Of a stretch of 64,000 nt of DNA, positions 55,268 through 64,000 are shown piece after piece. Origin of the DNA: a virus; IMG/VR virus record IMGVR_UViG_3300030105_001626, positions 1 to 64,000 of that record; one strand, 5' to 3'. The notes under the pieces are model-generated. The model had not been told where the DNA came from. It saw only the letters and a program-made list of their open reading frames with translations, and did not search any database. The position numbers and the translations under genes are program-made. Within the stretch, counting starts at the first letter, position 1; every line of letters begins with the position of its first letter.

Positions 55268-55885
55268 TTAAGCATCTTTTGTGGCTGCGGCATCTGGTTC
55301 AACAAACTTTTCTAAGCCTTTTATCTTCTCCTCTTTCTTCTTTCTTTTTGCTTCTTCGAAGTTAAATATAAACTCAGATATGTTTTCATAAAGTTCAAAT
55401 TGTCTTGTATTCCCTTCGCTGTCTTCTAACATCTCAAACTCATCTAAAATACCTATTTGCTCAGTAGCTTTATATTTTACATATAGTTGTTTTTTCTCTC
55501 TAGTAATTCTTCTGAGAAAAGCATAATAGATAATTTGGGTAAAGTAAGCGAATGGATTCTTTGACTTTTCGGGGTTAAAGTTTCTAAAATACATCATACA
55601 ATTCTCAATTCCATCGGCAATCATCTCATCTCTAAATGAGTACGATGCGAAGTTAGGTTTGTGTGATAAATGTTCTGCAATCTTAAGAAAACATTCACCA
55701 ATATAATTAGGAACTTGTGGTTGAATCTCTTTAGCTTTATCTGCAACGTCACATAACCGTTTGTATTCAACAAGTCCTGCTAAAAAGTCAGCATTGTTTA
55801 CATAGTGTTTTTGACGTTTCTTTGCTGGCGCTTTAGCAACAACTTTCTTTTCTTTTGGGACTTTTGCTTCTGTTTTTTTAGTCAT
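55268..55885 (-). CDS. 55: late-transcription sigma factor gp55
   Basis: HYVNNADF, DGIENC, NPFAYFTQIIYYAFLRRI..EKKQ motifs. Confidence 0.97.
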   Translation of the reverse strand: MTKKTEAKVPKEKKVVAKAPAKKRQKHYVNNADFLAGLVEYKRLCDVADKAKEIQPQVPNYIGECFLKIAEHLSHKPNFASYSFRDEMIADGIENCMMYFRNFNPEKSKNPFAYFTQIIYYAFLRRITREKKQLYVKYKATEQIGILDEFEMLEDSEGNTRQFELYENISEFIFNFEEAKRKKKEEKIKGLEKFVEPDAAATKDA

Positions 55886-55989
55886 AATATACCTTTCGTT
55901 CCAAGTTTGCCTTCATTTCGCTTGACAAAGTGCTTGACAAGAGTTATGGTAGCGGTGTTCCGTTTGATTAATGAATGAATAGCTACTCC

Positions 55990-56391
55990 TTACCATCCTT
56001 TCTGAAACCCTAAATCGTATGTTACTTTATCTAAAAGTGATAACACTCTTTTTCGATAATCAAATCCTAACATACCCGATTTTGTTCCGTTTTCATAAGG
56101 AGGAGTTCTATTGAATTTCGTATATTGTTGTGAAGTTAAATCAATTATCTTTCCATCAGTGTCGACACACCACCAATGATAGATGTTTTCATCATCTAAA
56201 GCTCGATTCAATTTTAATGTTTTTGTTCCAAATATTTTCTGTAAACAACCAGAGGCTGTGTGACAATGCCCAAACATTGGATTAGATTTATTTCTTTCGA
56301 CCCACTTCTTAGGTAACATGTCTTCCGATAAATTATTATATATCGCTTTAGATACCATCTTCAAATTCTTTTCATTATATTCTATTGTCAT
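55990..56391 (-). CDS. hypothetical protein with Cys-His-Asp pattern (transglutaminase/YunG-like)
   Basis: GHCHTAS...HWW...IIDLT..Q. Confidence 0.6.
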   Translation of the reverse strand: MTIEYNEKNLKMVSKAIYNNLSEDMLPKKWVERNKSNPMFGHCHTASGCLQKIFGTKTLKLNRALDDENIYHWWCVDTDGKIIDLTSQQYTKFNRTPPYENGTKSGMLGFDYRKRVLSLLDKVTYDLGFQKGW

Positions 56392-56392
56392 A

Positions 56393-56824
56393 TTAATGTA
56401 GTTTACTTTTATCCGGTTTATTTACAGTATTTAAATAATCATCCATCACTGATGCATCATCATCATAGTATTCTTCAATCTCAGATTCTGTTTGTGTTCT
56501 CAAATTAAAGTCTTCGAGAACTCCGTTTGAGTTATTAGCTTCACGAGTTACAGTTTCAATTGCATTTAAATAATACTCGACTAGACTATTTTTAGGATTA
56601 GTAAAGGTAACAATCTCCCTGTTATTTAATGTGGCCATATTATCAGATATTATCTCAATTGGCAACCATGGGACCATCATCATTACCGAGCCTTTAGCTG
56701 AGCGTCTCACCATAAGGACCATAGGTCTGTTTAGTATTGTTGATTCAGAATCAGAAGTGATATCGGCGATAACATCTTCGCCAGATTGAAGTCTCACTAA
56801 TTTAATGTTTAATTGATTATCCAT
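56393..56824 (-). CDS. conserved T4-like protein, Sm-like fold candidate
   Basis: IKLVRLQSGEDVIA, PW.P pattern; lies downstream of uvsW. Confidence 0.7.
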   Translation of the reverse strand: MDNQLNIKLVRLQSGEDVIADITSDSESTILNRPMVLMVRRSAKGSVMMMVPWLPIEIISDNMATLNNREIVTFTNPKNSLVEYYLNAIETVTREANNSNGVLEDFNLRTQTESEIEEYYDDDASVMDDYLNTVNKPDKSKLH

Positions 56825-58286
56825 TTTTTAGCTCGATGTTGTAAAATTTATATTTGAACTTCTCGTCATCATATATTTTCATTCTTTCAATAAAATGTTT
56901 TAATGTATAATTGGTAAATTTACCAACTCTAAAATCATCCGCAATATCAAATAATGTTGCTGCTCTTTTGTCATCACCTACTCTAAGGCCTCGACCAATT
57001 GATTGTAAATTACGAATACGAGATTTACTTGGTGATGCAAAGATAATGTTGTGTAAGTTCCTTATATTTATGCCTGTCGAAAAAGTACCATATGATGCAA
57101 CAATAATAGCATCCTTTTCTTTCTCTGTAATTCCTCGAATAGCTTCTCTTGTTTCCGTATCAGTTCCTCCAAATACAAAAAAAACCTTTCTTTTTTTCGC
57201 ATGGTCTTTTATGTTAGCATATAAAGCTTTACCATGTTTCTCAACAAATTGGAATAGTATAAGTGAATTGCCGTTAAGTGATAACGCTAAGTTTCGTATA
57301 AAATCATTTCGGGCATTGTTCTTAACAATAAAATCAATTTCTTGTTGATAGTCCCACGTTTTGCATTGTTTACAAAGTGGCTCAGGATACTTTAACACTA
57401 AACACTTTATATTAAAATCAGATAAATGTTTCTTTGCAATTAAATCTGCAGTTGTTGTTGCACGATAAACAGGACCAAAAAGTCCTTCTAACACCAAACG
57501 ATGTGTTTGTGTGCCGTCTAATGTGCCTGTTGTTCCTATTCTATATCTAGCATTTGTACAAGCAGACATAATTGTTGCCAGTGACTTGGCTTTAAATTGA
57601 TGTGCTTCATCGCCGAGTACAAAATCAAATTGTTCAAAGTAATCGGGTGGGTTTTTATAAACAGATTGCCATGTGGTAATCGTTAAGAAATTATTTGTAT
57701 GTTTGTCTTTACCAGAGTATTGTCTATGGCAATATTTTTCAGAATCAAATCCATAAGACTTAAAATCTGTATACATTTGTTCAACAAGAGATGTTGTTGG
57801 AACGATTAGAAGACCTTTCTGCAGCTCATTTGTTAAGAGATGTCTGACTATCAAGTATAATATCAAAGACTTACCAGACGCTGTTGGAGACAACAGGAGA
57901 AGCCTTTTATTGCGTATAGCAGTGATGAATGATTTTAGTTGGTAGTCTCTAACTACATGAGGGAGATTCAATGTATCTACGAAAGCTTTAGCCTCGACCA
58001 CTGAAAATACATCAGTTGAATTGACATCATCATCTATCAAACATTCATAGTTACGTTCAACACAAAACTCTTTAATGTATGGAGTAAGACCGTGATAAAT
58101 TTGAAAGTTTCTTAAGTCGAGCAACCTTATTTTTCCATCCCAAATTCTTGACTTATATGCAGGAGTATATTGATAACCTGGAACATGAAAGGTAAAATGG
58201 TCAGATAGCTCTTGAGCAAGGCCTCTTTCACATTCAACTTTAATGAACGACTCGTTTAATTTATGAAGTTGTATTGTATCAGTCAT
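56817..58286 (-). CDS. uvsW: DNA helicase UvsW
   Basis: WDGKIRL, SPTASGKS, GDEAH, TGTL, QSIGRGLR motifs. Confidence 0.97.
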   Translation of the reverse strand: MTDTIQLHKLNESFIKVECERGLAQELSDHFTFHVPGYQYTPAYKSRIWDGKIRLLDLRNFQIYHGLTPYIKEFCVERNYECLIDDDVNSTDVFSVVEAKAFVDTLNLPHVVRDYQLKSFITAIRNKRLLLLSPTASGKSLILYLIVRHLLTNELQKGLLIVPTTSLVEQMYTDFKSYGFDSEKYCHRQYSGKDKHTNNFLTITTWQSVYKNPPDYFEQFDFVLGDEAHQFKAKSLATIMSACTNARYRIGTTGTLDGTQTHRLVLEGLFGPVYRATTTADLIAKKHLSDFNIKCLVLKYPEPLCKQCKTWDYQQEIDFIVKNNARNDFIRNLALSLNGNSLILFQFVEKHGKALYANIKDHAKKRKVFFVFGGTDTETREAIRGITEKEKDAIIVASYGTFSTGINIRNLHNIIFASPSKSRIRNLQSIGRGLRVGDDKRAATLFDIADDFRVGKFTNYTLKHFIERMKIYDDEKFKYKFYNIELKNG

Positions 58287-58721
58287 TTATACGCCTTGAA
58301 TGAATTTTTCCCAATCAATAAACGATTTCAACTGAAACGTTCTACTATGAAGTTCTTTCATAATAGTTTCACATACAGTGACTATCTCTTCGTGAAGAGC
58401 TTTAGATGCTTTATACTTGTTGATGTCTTCATCACTATCAAGATATGTAGTTATCTCAGATTTAAGAACATATGGAAATGGTTCCCATCCATGCTTACTT
58501 AAATCTTCATCATCTAATTTACCTGTATAATATTCCCACTTCAATCGTTTCATGCGATTTAATTTAAAATCAACATCTTTAACGAGCAATCTATGGTGAG
58601 AAAGTATGTTTAAATATTTACTATGATGTAGTGGAATCTTTGTGAGTTCTTTACCTGGCTCTGTTCGGTCAAGGTCAGAATCTTTTCTCCACATCTCAAG
58701 TAACTCTTCTAGTTGTTTCAT
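58287..58721 (-). CDS. uvsY: recombination mediator UvsY
   Basis: W.KDS..D, IPLHHSKYL, EYYTGK, I.W.KF..G pattern; GGAG RBS before MKQLEE. Confidence 0.92.
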   Translation of the reverse strand: MKQLEELLEMWRKDSDLDRTEPGKELTKIPLHHSKYLNILSHHRLLVKDVDFKLNRMKRLKWEYYTGKLDDEDLSKHGWEPFPYVLKSEITTYLDSDEDINKYKASKALHEEIVTVCETIMKELHSRTFQLKSFIDWEKFIQGV

Positions 58722-58745
58722 AATATAATTCTCCAATTAATTTGG

Positions 58746-58774
58746 ATTATAACAGGTTGGCATTCTGTTGTCAA
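58746..58774 (-). promoter_or_regulatory. sigma70-type promoter of uvsY
   Basis: TTGACA-N17-TATAAT. Confidence 0.8.
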
Positions 58775-58779
58775 GCGTT

Positions 58780-59319
58780 TTAGTAAAGTTTTTCTATATC
58801 GAAGTATGTGTACCGAAAAGTAGCATCTGCAGTCAACAGTTCATCTGGACCAGAAGACGATGACATAATAAATGTGGAAAGAGTGGTTGGGAAAGCATCT
58901 TTAAAATGAATTTTAACATAAGGAATATTAGACGATGATAAAAGAGTTAGTGTTGCATCAGAATATTGAGGAGTTTTAGTCTGAGTTAATGTAGCGGCTT
59001 TGTTAAGTCTACTGAGACCTTTATAATCTTCAAAATCTTCTGGAAATGTCATAGCACGAATCCAATCATGAACTTCAATCCATGAACCCATTCTCTCATC
59101 AATCAAAAATGTTACATTGAATATATCGTAAATTGCTTTATCACCAGGTGCAAAGATGTCTACGAAGGGAGTAGATTGAGGAGTTTCAGACATTGAGATG
59201 CCTGGAACTGAAACAGATTGACAGAAATATGACATATTTGGTAGTCTATCAAAATTCAAAACATACTTGTTTGGTTGAAGAAAATTAGGATTAACTGGAT
59301 TTCTATCTGTAGCTGCCAT
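58780..59319 (-). CDS. 3: tail completion and sheath stabilizer gp3
   Basis: NFLQP..Y, YFCQSV.VPG, PGDK, F.DAFPT.LS pattern; synteny after gp23. Confidence 0.85.
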   Translation of the reverse strand: MAATDRNPVNPNFLQPNKYVLNFDRLPNMSYFCQSVSVPGISMSETPQSTPFVDIFAPGDKAIYDIFNVTFLIDERMGSWIEVHDWIRAMTFPEDFEDYKGLSRLNKAATLTQTKTPQYSDATLTLLSSSNIPYVKIHFKDAFPTTLSTFIMSSSSGPDELLTADATFRYTYFDIEKLY

Positions 59320-59369
59320 TTAATTTGTCCATACTATTATTATTATATTATCTATTTATGCTAGTTATT

Positions 59370-59444
59370 TTGTTGTTATTTTTGCAGTCATTATTAACAA
59401 CAAACTGAATTGTTGTTATTTTAGCAGTCATTATTAACAACAAA
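59370..59444. repeat. two tandem 35-nt repeats with palindromic ends (40-nt period)
   Basis: TTGTTGTTATTTT(T/A)GCAGTCATTATTAACAACAAA at 59370-59404 and 59410-59444, one mismatch. Confidence 0.9.
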
Positions 59445-59452
59445 TAGCAGAC

Positions 59453-59481
59453 AAAAAAATACCCACTATTTCTAGTGGGTA
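59453..59481 (-). terminator. intrinsic terminator after gp23
   Basis: TACCCACTA-GAAA-TAGTGGGTA followed by T7. Confidence 0.9.
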
Positions 59482-59532
59482 CCTTTTCGTGAATCTTCAT
59501 TACTACTCACAAATAAATGTGAGTCAAAGTGA

Positions 59533-60873
59533 CTACATTAAGTTAGAAACTTTGAATGAACGGTAATAAACATTTGCTACAGCAGCTCCGACACCAGAAC
59601 CAGCAGCAGCAGTGCCAGCTGAGAATGGATTTCTTTGCATACCATATCGTGTTTTGAAACCGATTTTAGGTTGGAATGTACCAGTATCAACTGCACGAAC
59701 CATTTGTAATGGAACATACGGACAATAGAACAGACCAGCATCATAAGCGTTTGAGCCTTTATAACCAACAACTGCAAACTCTTTAGATGTAGTACTTGTG
59801 ATAGCATATGGGTCTATATAGACTTTAATTCTACCGAATAACATGCCTGCATATGTATTACCTGAATCATCTACAGTTAAGTTAGTTTGTGCTTGTAAAG
59901 CAGGATTGTAGTCTAAAAGACCAGACATTGCAAGAGCAGAAGCTACGTCAGAAGTAACAAGGATGAAATTACCTTTTCCTCTACGAGTTTCTTTAGCAAT
60001 CTGATTAGCTTCTCTTTCTAATTGAAAAGCAAGTCCTTTAATTTTCTCTACCATCCAACGACCGTTTGAATCAGTATCTAAATCAAAATTACCAGCAGAT
60101 GTTGTTCCTACTTGACAACCAATTTTAGCAGTCTTGTAGATAGTTCTAACAACTTCTCTGTTAATTTCTGCAAGAATTTCAGCAGAAAGGATATTAGCTA
60201 ATTCTGTTTCAGCGTCAAGACCGTGAACTGCTTTTAAGTCTTGTGCTAATTCGATAGAGTATTCTGCTTTAAGTGCTCTTGATACAGCAGTAACAGTTAC
60301 TTTTTCGATTTTAAATGCCATTTCAGCAAATGTGTTTGCAGCGATACCAGCTTCTGCCTGAGCAGTAGTCATACCAGTTGGTGCCATACCTGCAGCAGCA
60401 TTATTTGTGAATGTTCTAGCATCGTTACCACCAGCAGCTGCAGTAGCATCTACTTGTAGAGGAGAATTAACAACAGCATTACCAGAGAAACCAGATTGAA
60501 CTTCGTTGTAGAAGTTTTCATTGCCGCCTTGTGTAGTATATGTAGAACGCATTGCAAAGATAAGACCAGTAGGTCCTGTCATTGGCTGAACGCCACATAT
60601 ATCATATGCGATTAAGTTAGGTAAAGAACGTCTAACTAGTGAGATTAAGATTGGGTCAAAGTTACCGATGTTAGCGCCGGTTGAATTAGCTGGTGCAACT
60701 TCGTCAAGTTGTTGCATGCTAGTAGAACCAGTTTGGTCTTTTGACATTTCGTTATACTGATTTTCAAGAATAACAGCAGTAACTGCTTTCTTGTATGGGT
60801 CAGCAATAGGTGCTAAATCTGGATGATTTAGTACGCCTTCCCATTTTGTTTGTAGTGATTCGGACAAATACAT
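59533..60873 (-). CDS. 23: major capsid protein gp23
   Basis: DPILISLVRR, GVQPMTGPTGLIFAMR, ELAQDLKAVHGLDAE, YCPYVPLQM, GFKTRYG motifs. Confidence 0.99.
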   Translation of the reverse strand: MYLSESLQTKWEGVLNHPDLAPIADPYKKAVTAVILENQYNEMSKDQTGSTSMQQLDEVAPANSTGANIGNFDPILISLVRRSLPNLIAYDICGVQPMTGPTGLIFAMRSTYTTQGGNENFYNEVQSGFSGNAVVNSPLQVDATAAAGGNDARTFTNNAAAGMAPTGMTTAQAEAGIAANTFAEMAFKIEKVTVTAVSRALKAEYSIELAQDLKAVHGLDAETELANILSAEILAEINREVVRTIYKTAKIGCQVGTTSAGNFDLDTDSNGRWMVEKIKGLAFQLEREANQIAKETRRGKGNFILVTSDVASALAMSGLLDYNPALQAQTNLTVDDSGNTYAGMLFGRIKVYIDPYAITSTTSKEFAVVGYKGSNAYDAGLFYCPYVPLQMVRAVDTGTFQPKIGFKTRYGMQRNPFSAGTAAAGSGVGAAVANVYYRSFKVSNLM

Positions 60874-60898
60874 TGTGTACTCCTAATTGTTTATATTA

Positions 60899-62068
60899 TT
60901 ATTTCTTTGTATTACTAATTGCAGAAGTTACAGCATTAACAAATGGGTCAAATGACTTTTGTTTTGCTGTTGAAGCCGCAGCTTCTTCCGCAGATTCTAT
61001 TTCTTCATGTAACATTTCTTCACCTGGTTTCTTAATTCCTGTAGGGAAGTAGTTCTCACGGATTGATTCAAGTTTATCTTTGTATTCATCCTCTGTGGAG
61101 AATTCAACGCTCTCTGCGAGTGTTTTAATTTTTGCAACTTGAGTATCAATAAGACCTTCTGTCACTTGATGAGCAATTTCGTTTTTACGAGATTCAGTTA
61201 GTTCTTTTTTATATTCAATACCTCTTTCGATTTCTTCGTCAAGTTTGCTTTCAAGTTCTTCAACTTTAGTAGCTAACTCGTCAACTAAATCAACTTTTTC
61301 TGCAGGAACATCAATATAATGTTCAGCAAATAAATTTCTCATTCCTGAGATAAATTCTTCAGTTAGTTCTGAGCGTAAACCAGATTCAATAGCAATTTCG
61401 TTATCGCCCATCCACTGTTCTACAACATACGAAAGATAGCCGTCAACTTTTTCTGTTAAGTCTACTTTAATAGCATCAACAGTTTCTTCTAATTGACCAG
61501 CATACTTAGCTTCAATTTCTTCTTCAATCTGAACAACACGGTCAAGAACACGAGCTTCAAAGATTGTAGATGCCTTAGCACGGAAATCTTCTGAAATTGT
61601 CTTATCATCAGCAAATAGTGCATCGATATCTTCTTTCATTTTTTCTTTCCTTTTTTCATCTTCCTCTTCGTCATCATCATCGTCATCGTCATCATCGTCT
61701 GAATCATCTTTAGAGTGTTTTTTATCTTTTTTATCTTCGTCATCATGCTCTTCAGCTTCAATAACTACTGTTTCATCTTCAACAGGTTCTAAAACCTCTT
61801 CGTCTTCTACAGTATCTTCATTTTTCTGACTAGCAGATGCAGCTGATGGATGCATTTTGTAGTCTGCAACATTTTTGGCGTGATTGCCCTTTTCGTCTGT
61901 AGCTTTAACTTTGATAGAATCTCCAGGATTAGTGGCTGTTTTATTATCCATTCCTCCTAAATCTTCGACCTCTGAGCCAGCCATTTTTTGCATTGGCATA
62001 GAGCCTGCGTTACGCTTGCTTTGAGCAAGAATATCTGCAGCCGCTTCCATTAATTTGTTTATTGCCAT
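60899..62068 (-). CDS. 22: prohead core scaffold gp22
   Basis: FRAKASTIFEA, VDGYLSYVVEQW, LFAEHYIDVP motifs; synteny. Confidence 0.95.
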   Translation of the reverse strand: MAINKLMEAAADILAQSKRNAGSMPMQKMAGSEVEDLGGMDNKTATNPGDSIKVKATDEKGNHAKNVADYKMHPSAASASQKNEDTVEDEEVLEPVEDETVVIEAEEHDDEDKKDKKHSKDDSDDDDDDDDDDEEEDEKRKEKMKEDIDALFADDKTISEDFRAKASTIFEARVLDRVVQIEEEIEAKYAGQLEETVDAIKVDLTEKVDGYLSYVVEQWMGDNEIAIESGLRSELTEEFISGMRNLFAEHYIDVPAEKVDLVDELATKVEELESKLDEEIERGIEYKKELTESRKNEIAHQVTEGLIDTQVAKIKTLAESVEFSTEDEYKDKLESIRENYFPTGIKKPGEEMLHEEIESAEEAAASTAKQKSFDPFVNAVTSAISNTKK

Positions 62069-62093
62069 TAGAATTTCTCCTTGTGTATTTTTC

Positions 62094-62101
62094 TATTTAT
62101 A
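62094..62101 (-). promoter_or_regulatory. T4-type late promoter of gp22/gp23
   Basis: Exact TATAAATA. Confidence 0.8.
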
Positions 62102-62104
62102 ATT

Positions 62105-62755
62105 TTAAAGTTTTCGTAAATATGATTCGAATAAATTTAAAGCAACCGCTTCGATTTCTCTAGCAGAAGCTCTCTTTATTGTTCGTTTAGCATGGTCAAA
62201 ATCTGATTCAACAAATCGTCCTTCAACAAACATCCATTCTTTATTTTCCATTATGCCATTAACAAAAGCACCTGGAGCTGAGGGGTCAGCAACAATATCA
62301 GCTGCGGTTGCAAGTTTTAAATCATCTTGCACTAAATTATATCCTTCTTTAGATTGTACCACAGAGCCTAAAGCTCTCGATGATACTCCGACACTAACGT
62401 CATTATCTATAAAGTTTTTAACAATCTCTCCATAGGGTGTTTCTAAAATTTGTGCTTTGCCGTAGAATGTATTACCATCTTCTTCTAATTTTACAATTTT
62501 ATGTGATACTCTTTCAAGATTAATTGTTGGTGTGTCAGGATGTCCTAGTTCACCTAATGCACGATTAGTTTTAATGTAATCTTCATTATAACGTTTAACT
62601 TCGTTTCGAAGTGTGTCCATTTTATACATTCGATTATTACGATTTACTGTGTCGCCAACCAAAAAGGTGCCTTCAATAAATAACTGTTTTTTGCCTTCTT
62701 TTGTTTCTTCAGTTAGATATTTAACATCCTCTACGGTTTCTCTTATTAGTTTCAT
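62105..62755 (-). CDS. 21: prohead protease gp21
   Basis: NRN.R.Y, ALGELGHP, GVSSRALGS, DIVADPSAP.A motifs. Confidence 0.97.
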   Translation of the reverse strand: MKLIRETVEDVKYLTEETKEGKKQLFIEGTFLVGDTVNRNNRMYKMDTLRNEVKRYNEDYIKTNRALGELGHPDTPTINLERVSHKIVKLEEDGNTFYGKAQILETPYGEIVKNFIDNDVSVGVSSRALGSVVQSKEGYNLVQDDLKLATAADIVADPSAPGAFVNGIMENKEWMFVEGRFVESDFDHAKRTIKRASAREIEAVALNLFESYLRKL

Positions 62756-62759
62756 TCTA

Positions 62760-63353
62760 TTATTCTCCGAGAGCTATTTTTGTACCAAGACAAGGACTGG
62801 CCGCATAAATTTTATCATCATATTCTTTAACTACATACATTATCGGTTCAGCAAAATTATTGGGATTCATTGTAAACGAACCTTTAATAGCACCAGTAGC
62901 TGTCGTTACTGTAATTTTATTTGTCGCATCATGAGTATTAATAAGTCTTACTCGTCTCGCATAATTAATATTTTGAGGACTACCATTAACTTTAAATGTT
63001 AAACCTGTTGTAGTACCAGCAACTGTAACAACTGGTGTGCCATCTGTATTTTCAAGTTGAGCTGTTAATGAAAGTGGCCATGCCTGTACATCTGTCTCAT
63101 TTCCACTAACGAGTTGACCAGTAACCTGTTTAACTCTATAGAAATTATTTGCACCATTATTATATCCTACGATACGACCAGCTGGTTGTGTACCAGTTAC
63201 TACTATTGTATCGCCAACATTAACTGGAGCACCAGTTGATATTGTTATCTCAAAAGCTGTATCTGCTACAGCAACTGTACCGATTGTTGGACTGGCTGCA
63301 CCAAGAACTGTTAAAGTCACTTCGGCCGATTGTACTTGTATATTCTGTGTCAT
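62760..63353 (-). CDS. putative virion structural protein
   Basis: Thr/Val/Gly-rich beta composition; lies inside the head operon. Confidence 0.65.
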   Translation of the reverse strand: MTQNIQVQSAEVTLTVLGAASPTIGTVAVADTAFEITISTGAPVNVGDTIVVTGTQPAGRIVGYNNGANNFYRVKQVTGQLVSGNETDVQAWPLSLTAQLENTDGTPVVTVAGTTTGLTFKVNGSPQNINYARRVRLINTHDATNKITVTTATGAIKGSFTMNPNNFAEPIMYVVKEYDDKIYAASPCLGTKIALGE

Positions 63354-63354
63354 T

Positions 63355-63816
63355 TTATTTTAATCCCATTGCACTTCTTCTACGCAAAGACATCCTTCTT
63401 TTAATGAGAGAGCGGCGCAGTTTCGCTCTTCTTGTCGTTTTCCATGCTCTTCTTAATAGTCTAGCTTTCTTCAATCTTGTTGTGGCAGGTATTCTTCTTA
63501 CCGTATTTCCAGAAATCTTATAGCCTTTAAGTCTAGACCGCCTTCTATTCTTCTGAACTGTAATTCTACCTTTTTTATTACGTCTTATTCTTTTACGAAT
63601 TCTTCTGACACGACCCATATTAATTATGTTTGGGTTTCTTTTAGCAACTTCATCTAACTCTTCAATTGAAGGTTCTTCAATAAGGTCAAATCTATCAGCT
63701 GCAGCATACTTTTTTGCTTCTTCTAGATACTTAGATGATATCTCATTCAGTCTAGCAACAATTAAATCTTTTGCTTCGTCTAATTTATTAGATATAAGTA
63801 AGTCTAAAAAACTCAT
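63355..63816 (-). CDS. prohead core protein (gp68-like)
   Basis: Acidic N-terminus ending LDE, then a very Arg/Lys-rich C-terminus ending RRSAMGLK; lies upstream of gp21. Confidence 0.7.
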   Translation of the reverse strand: MSFLDLLISNKLDEAKDLIVARLNEISSKYLEEAKKYAAADRFDLIEEPSIEELDEVAKRNPNIINMGRVRRIRKRIRRNKKGRITVQKNRRRSRLKGYKISGNTVRRIPATTRLKKARLLRRAWKTTRRAKLRRSLIKRRMSLRRRSAMGLK

Positions 63817-64000
63817 TTTGCATCTTTAGCTTTATTACCACCAGCAGAGCTGTGGGCTTTAAATGCGAAGTCAGAACCTTTTCTAAAGTGTTCAGGACTT
63901 TTATGTACCATGTCTGCATATTTCTTTTTATTAACATCATTTAAAGACTTATGTACATTTGTCATAGCACTTGCTGTATAGTGGTCAACCTTTTGTGATT
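63813..64000 (-). CDS. partial (3' end) conserved head-region protein
   Basis: KVDHYTASAM..VH..LN..NK.K...M pattern; truncated by the window edge. Confidence 0.6.
   Translation of the reverse strand, partial: SQKVDHYTASAMTNVHKSLNDVNKKKYADMVHKSPEHFRKGSDFAFKAHSSAGGNKAKDAK

Noticed and set aside
59370-59444. Possible mini-CRISPR array
   Set aside because: Only two repeats with a 5-nt gap; no spacer-length unique sequence and no cas genes in the window
2677-63829. The many + strand ORFs of 60-170 aa in the ORF track
   Set aside because: They are antisense shadows of well-supported minus-strand genes, with no recognisable motifs

Overview
This AT-rich 64-kb window is part of a T4-like myophage genome, encoded almost entirely on the minus strand. 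From right to left it holds: head genes (prohead core, gp21, gp22, gp23); gp3, uvsY, uvsW, gp55, gp47 and gp46; peptide deformylase; a vWA/AAA pair; dNMP kinase; gp45, gp44, gp62, regA and hsp20; an M15 peptidase; gp43, uvsX and gp41; a late block of putative capsid-internal proteins with a glycosyltransferase/methyltransferase/radical-SAM cassette; spanin-like genes; primase gp61; nrdA, trx and nrdB; erpA/iscA and iscU; and many small ORFs. Three results are absent from the ORF track. (1) A phage pqqA gene (PQQ precursor peptide MWTTPSATEMRFGFEVTMYVMNR) is split by a 278-nt group I intron. It is followed by a free-standing HNH/NUMOD3 endonuclease whose promoter region carries a 14/17-nt mimic of the intron-less pqqA exon junction, which suggests collaborative homing with autorepression and a methylotroph (Methylophilaceae-like) host. 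(2) Two tandem 69-nt tRNA-Gly(TCC)-like RNAs lack a D-arm and have GUGC T-loops. They lie directly downstream of a DUF4338/DruA-like gene and are a candidate dedicated aminoacyl-RNA donor system. (3) A recurrent promoter class, TTGCCTC-N19/20-TATAAT, precedes replication genes. All calls come from reading the sequence; no database searches were run.
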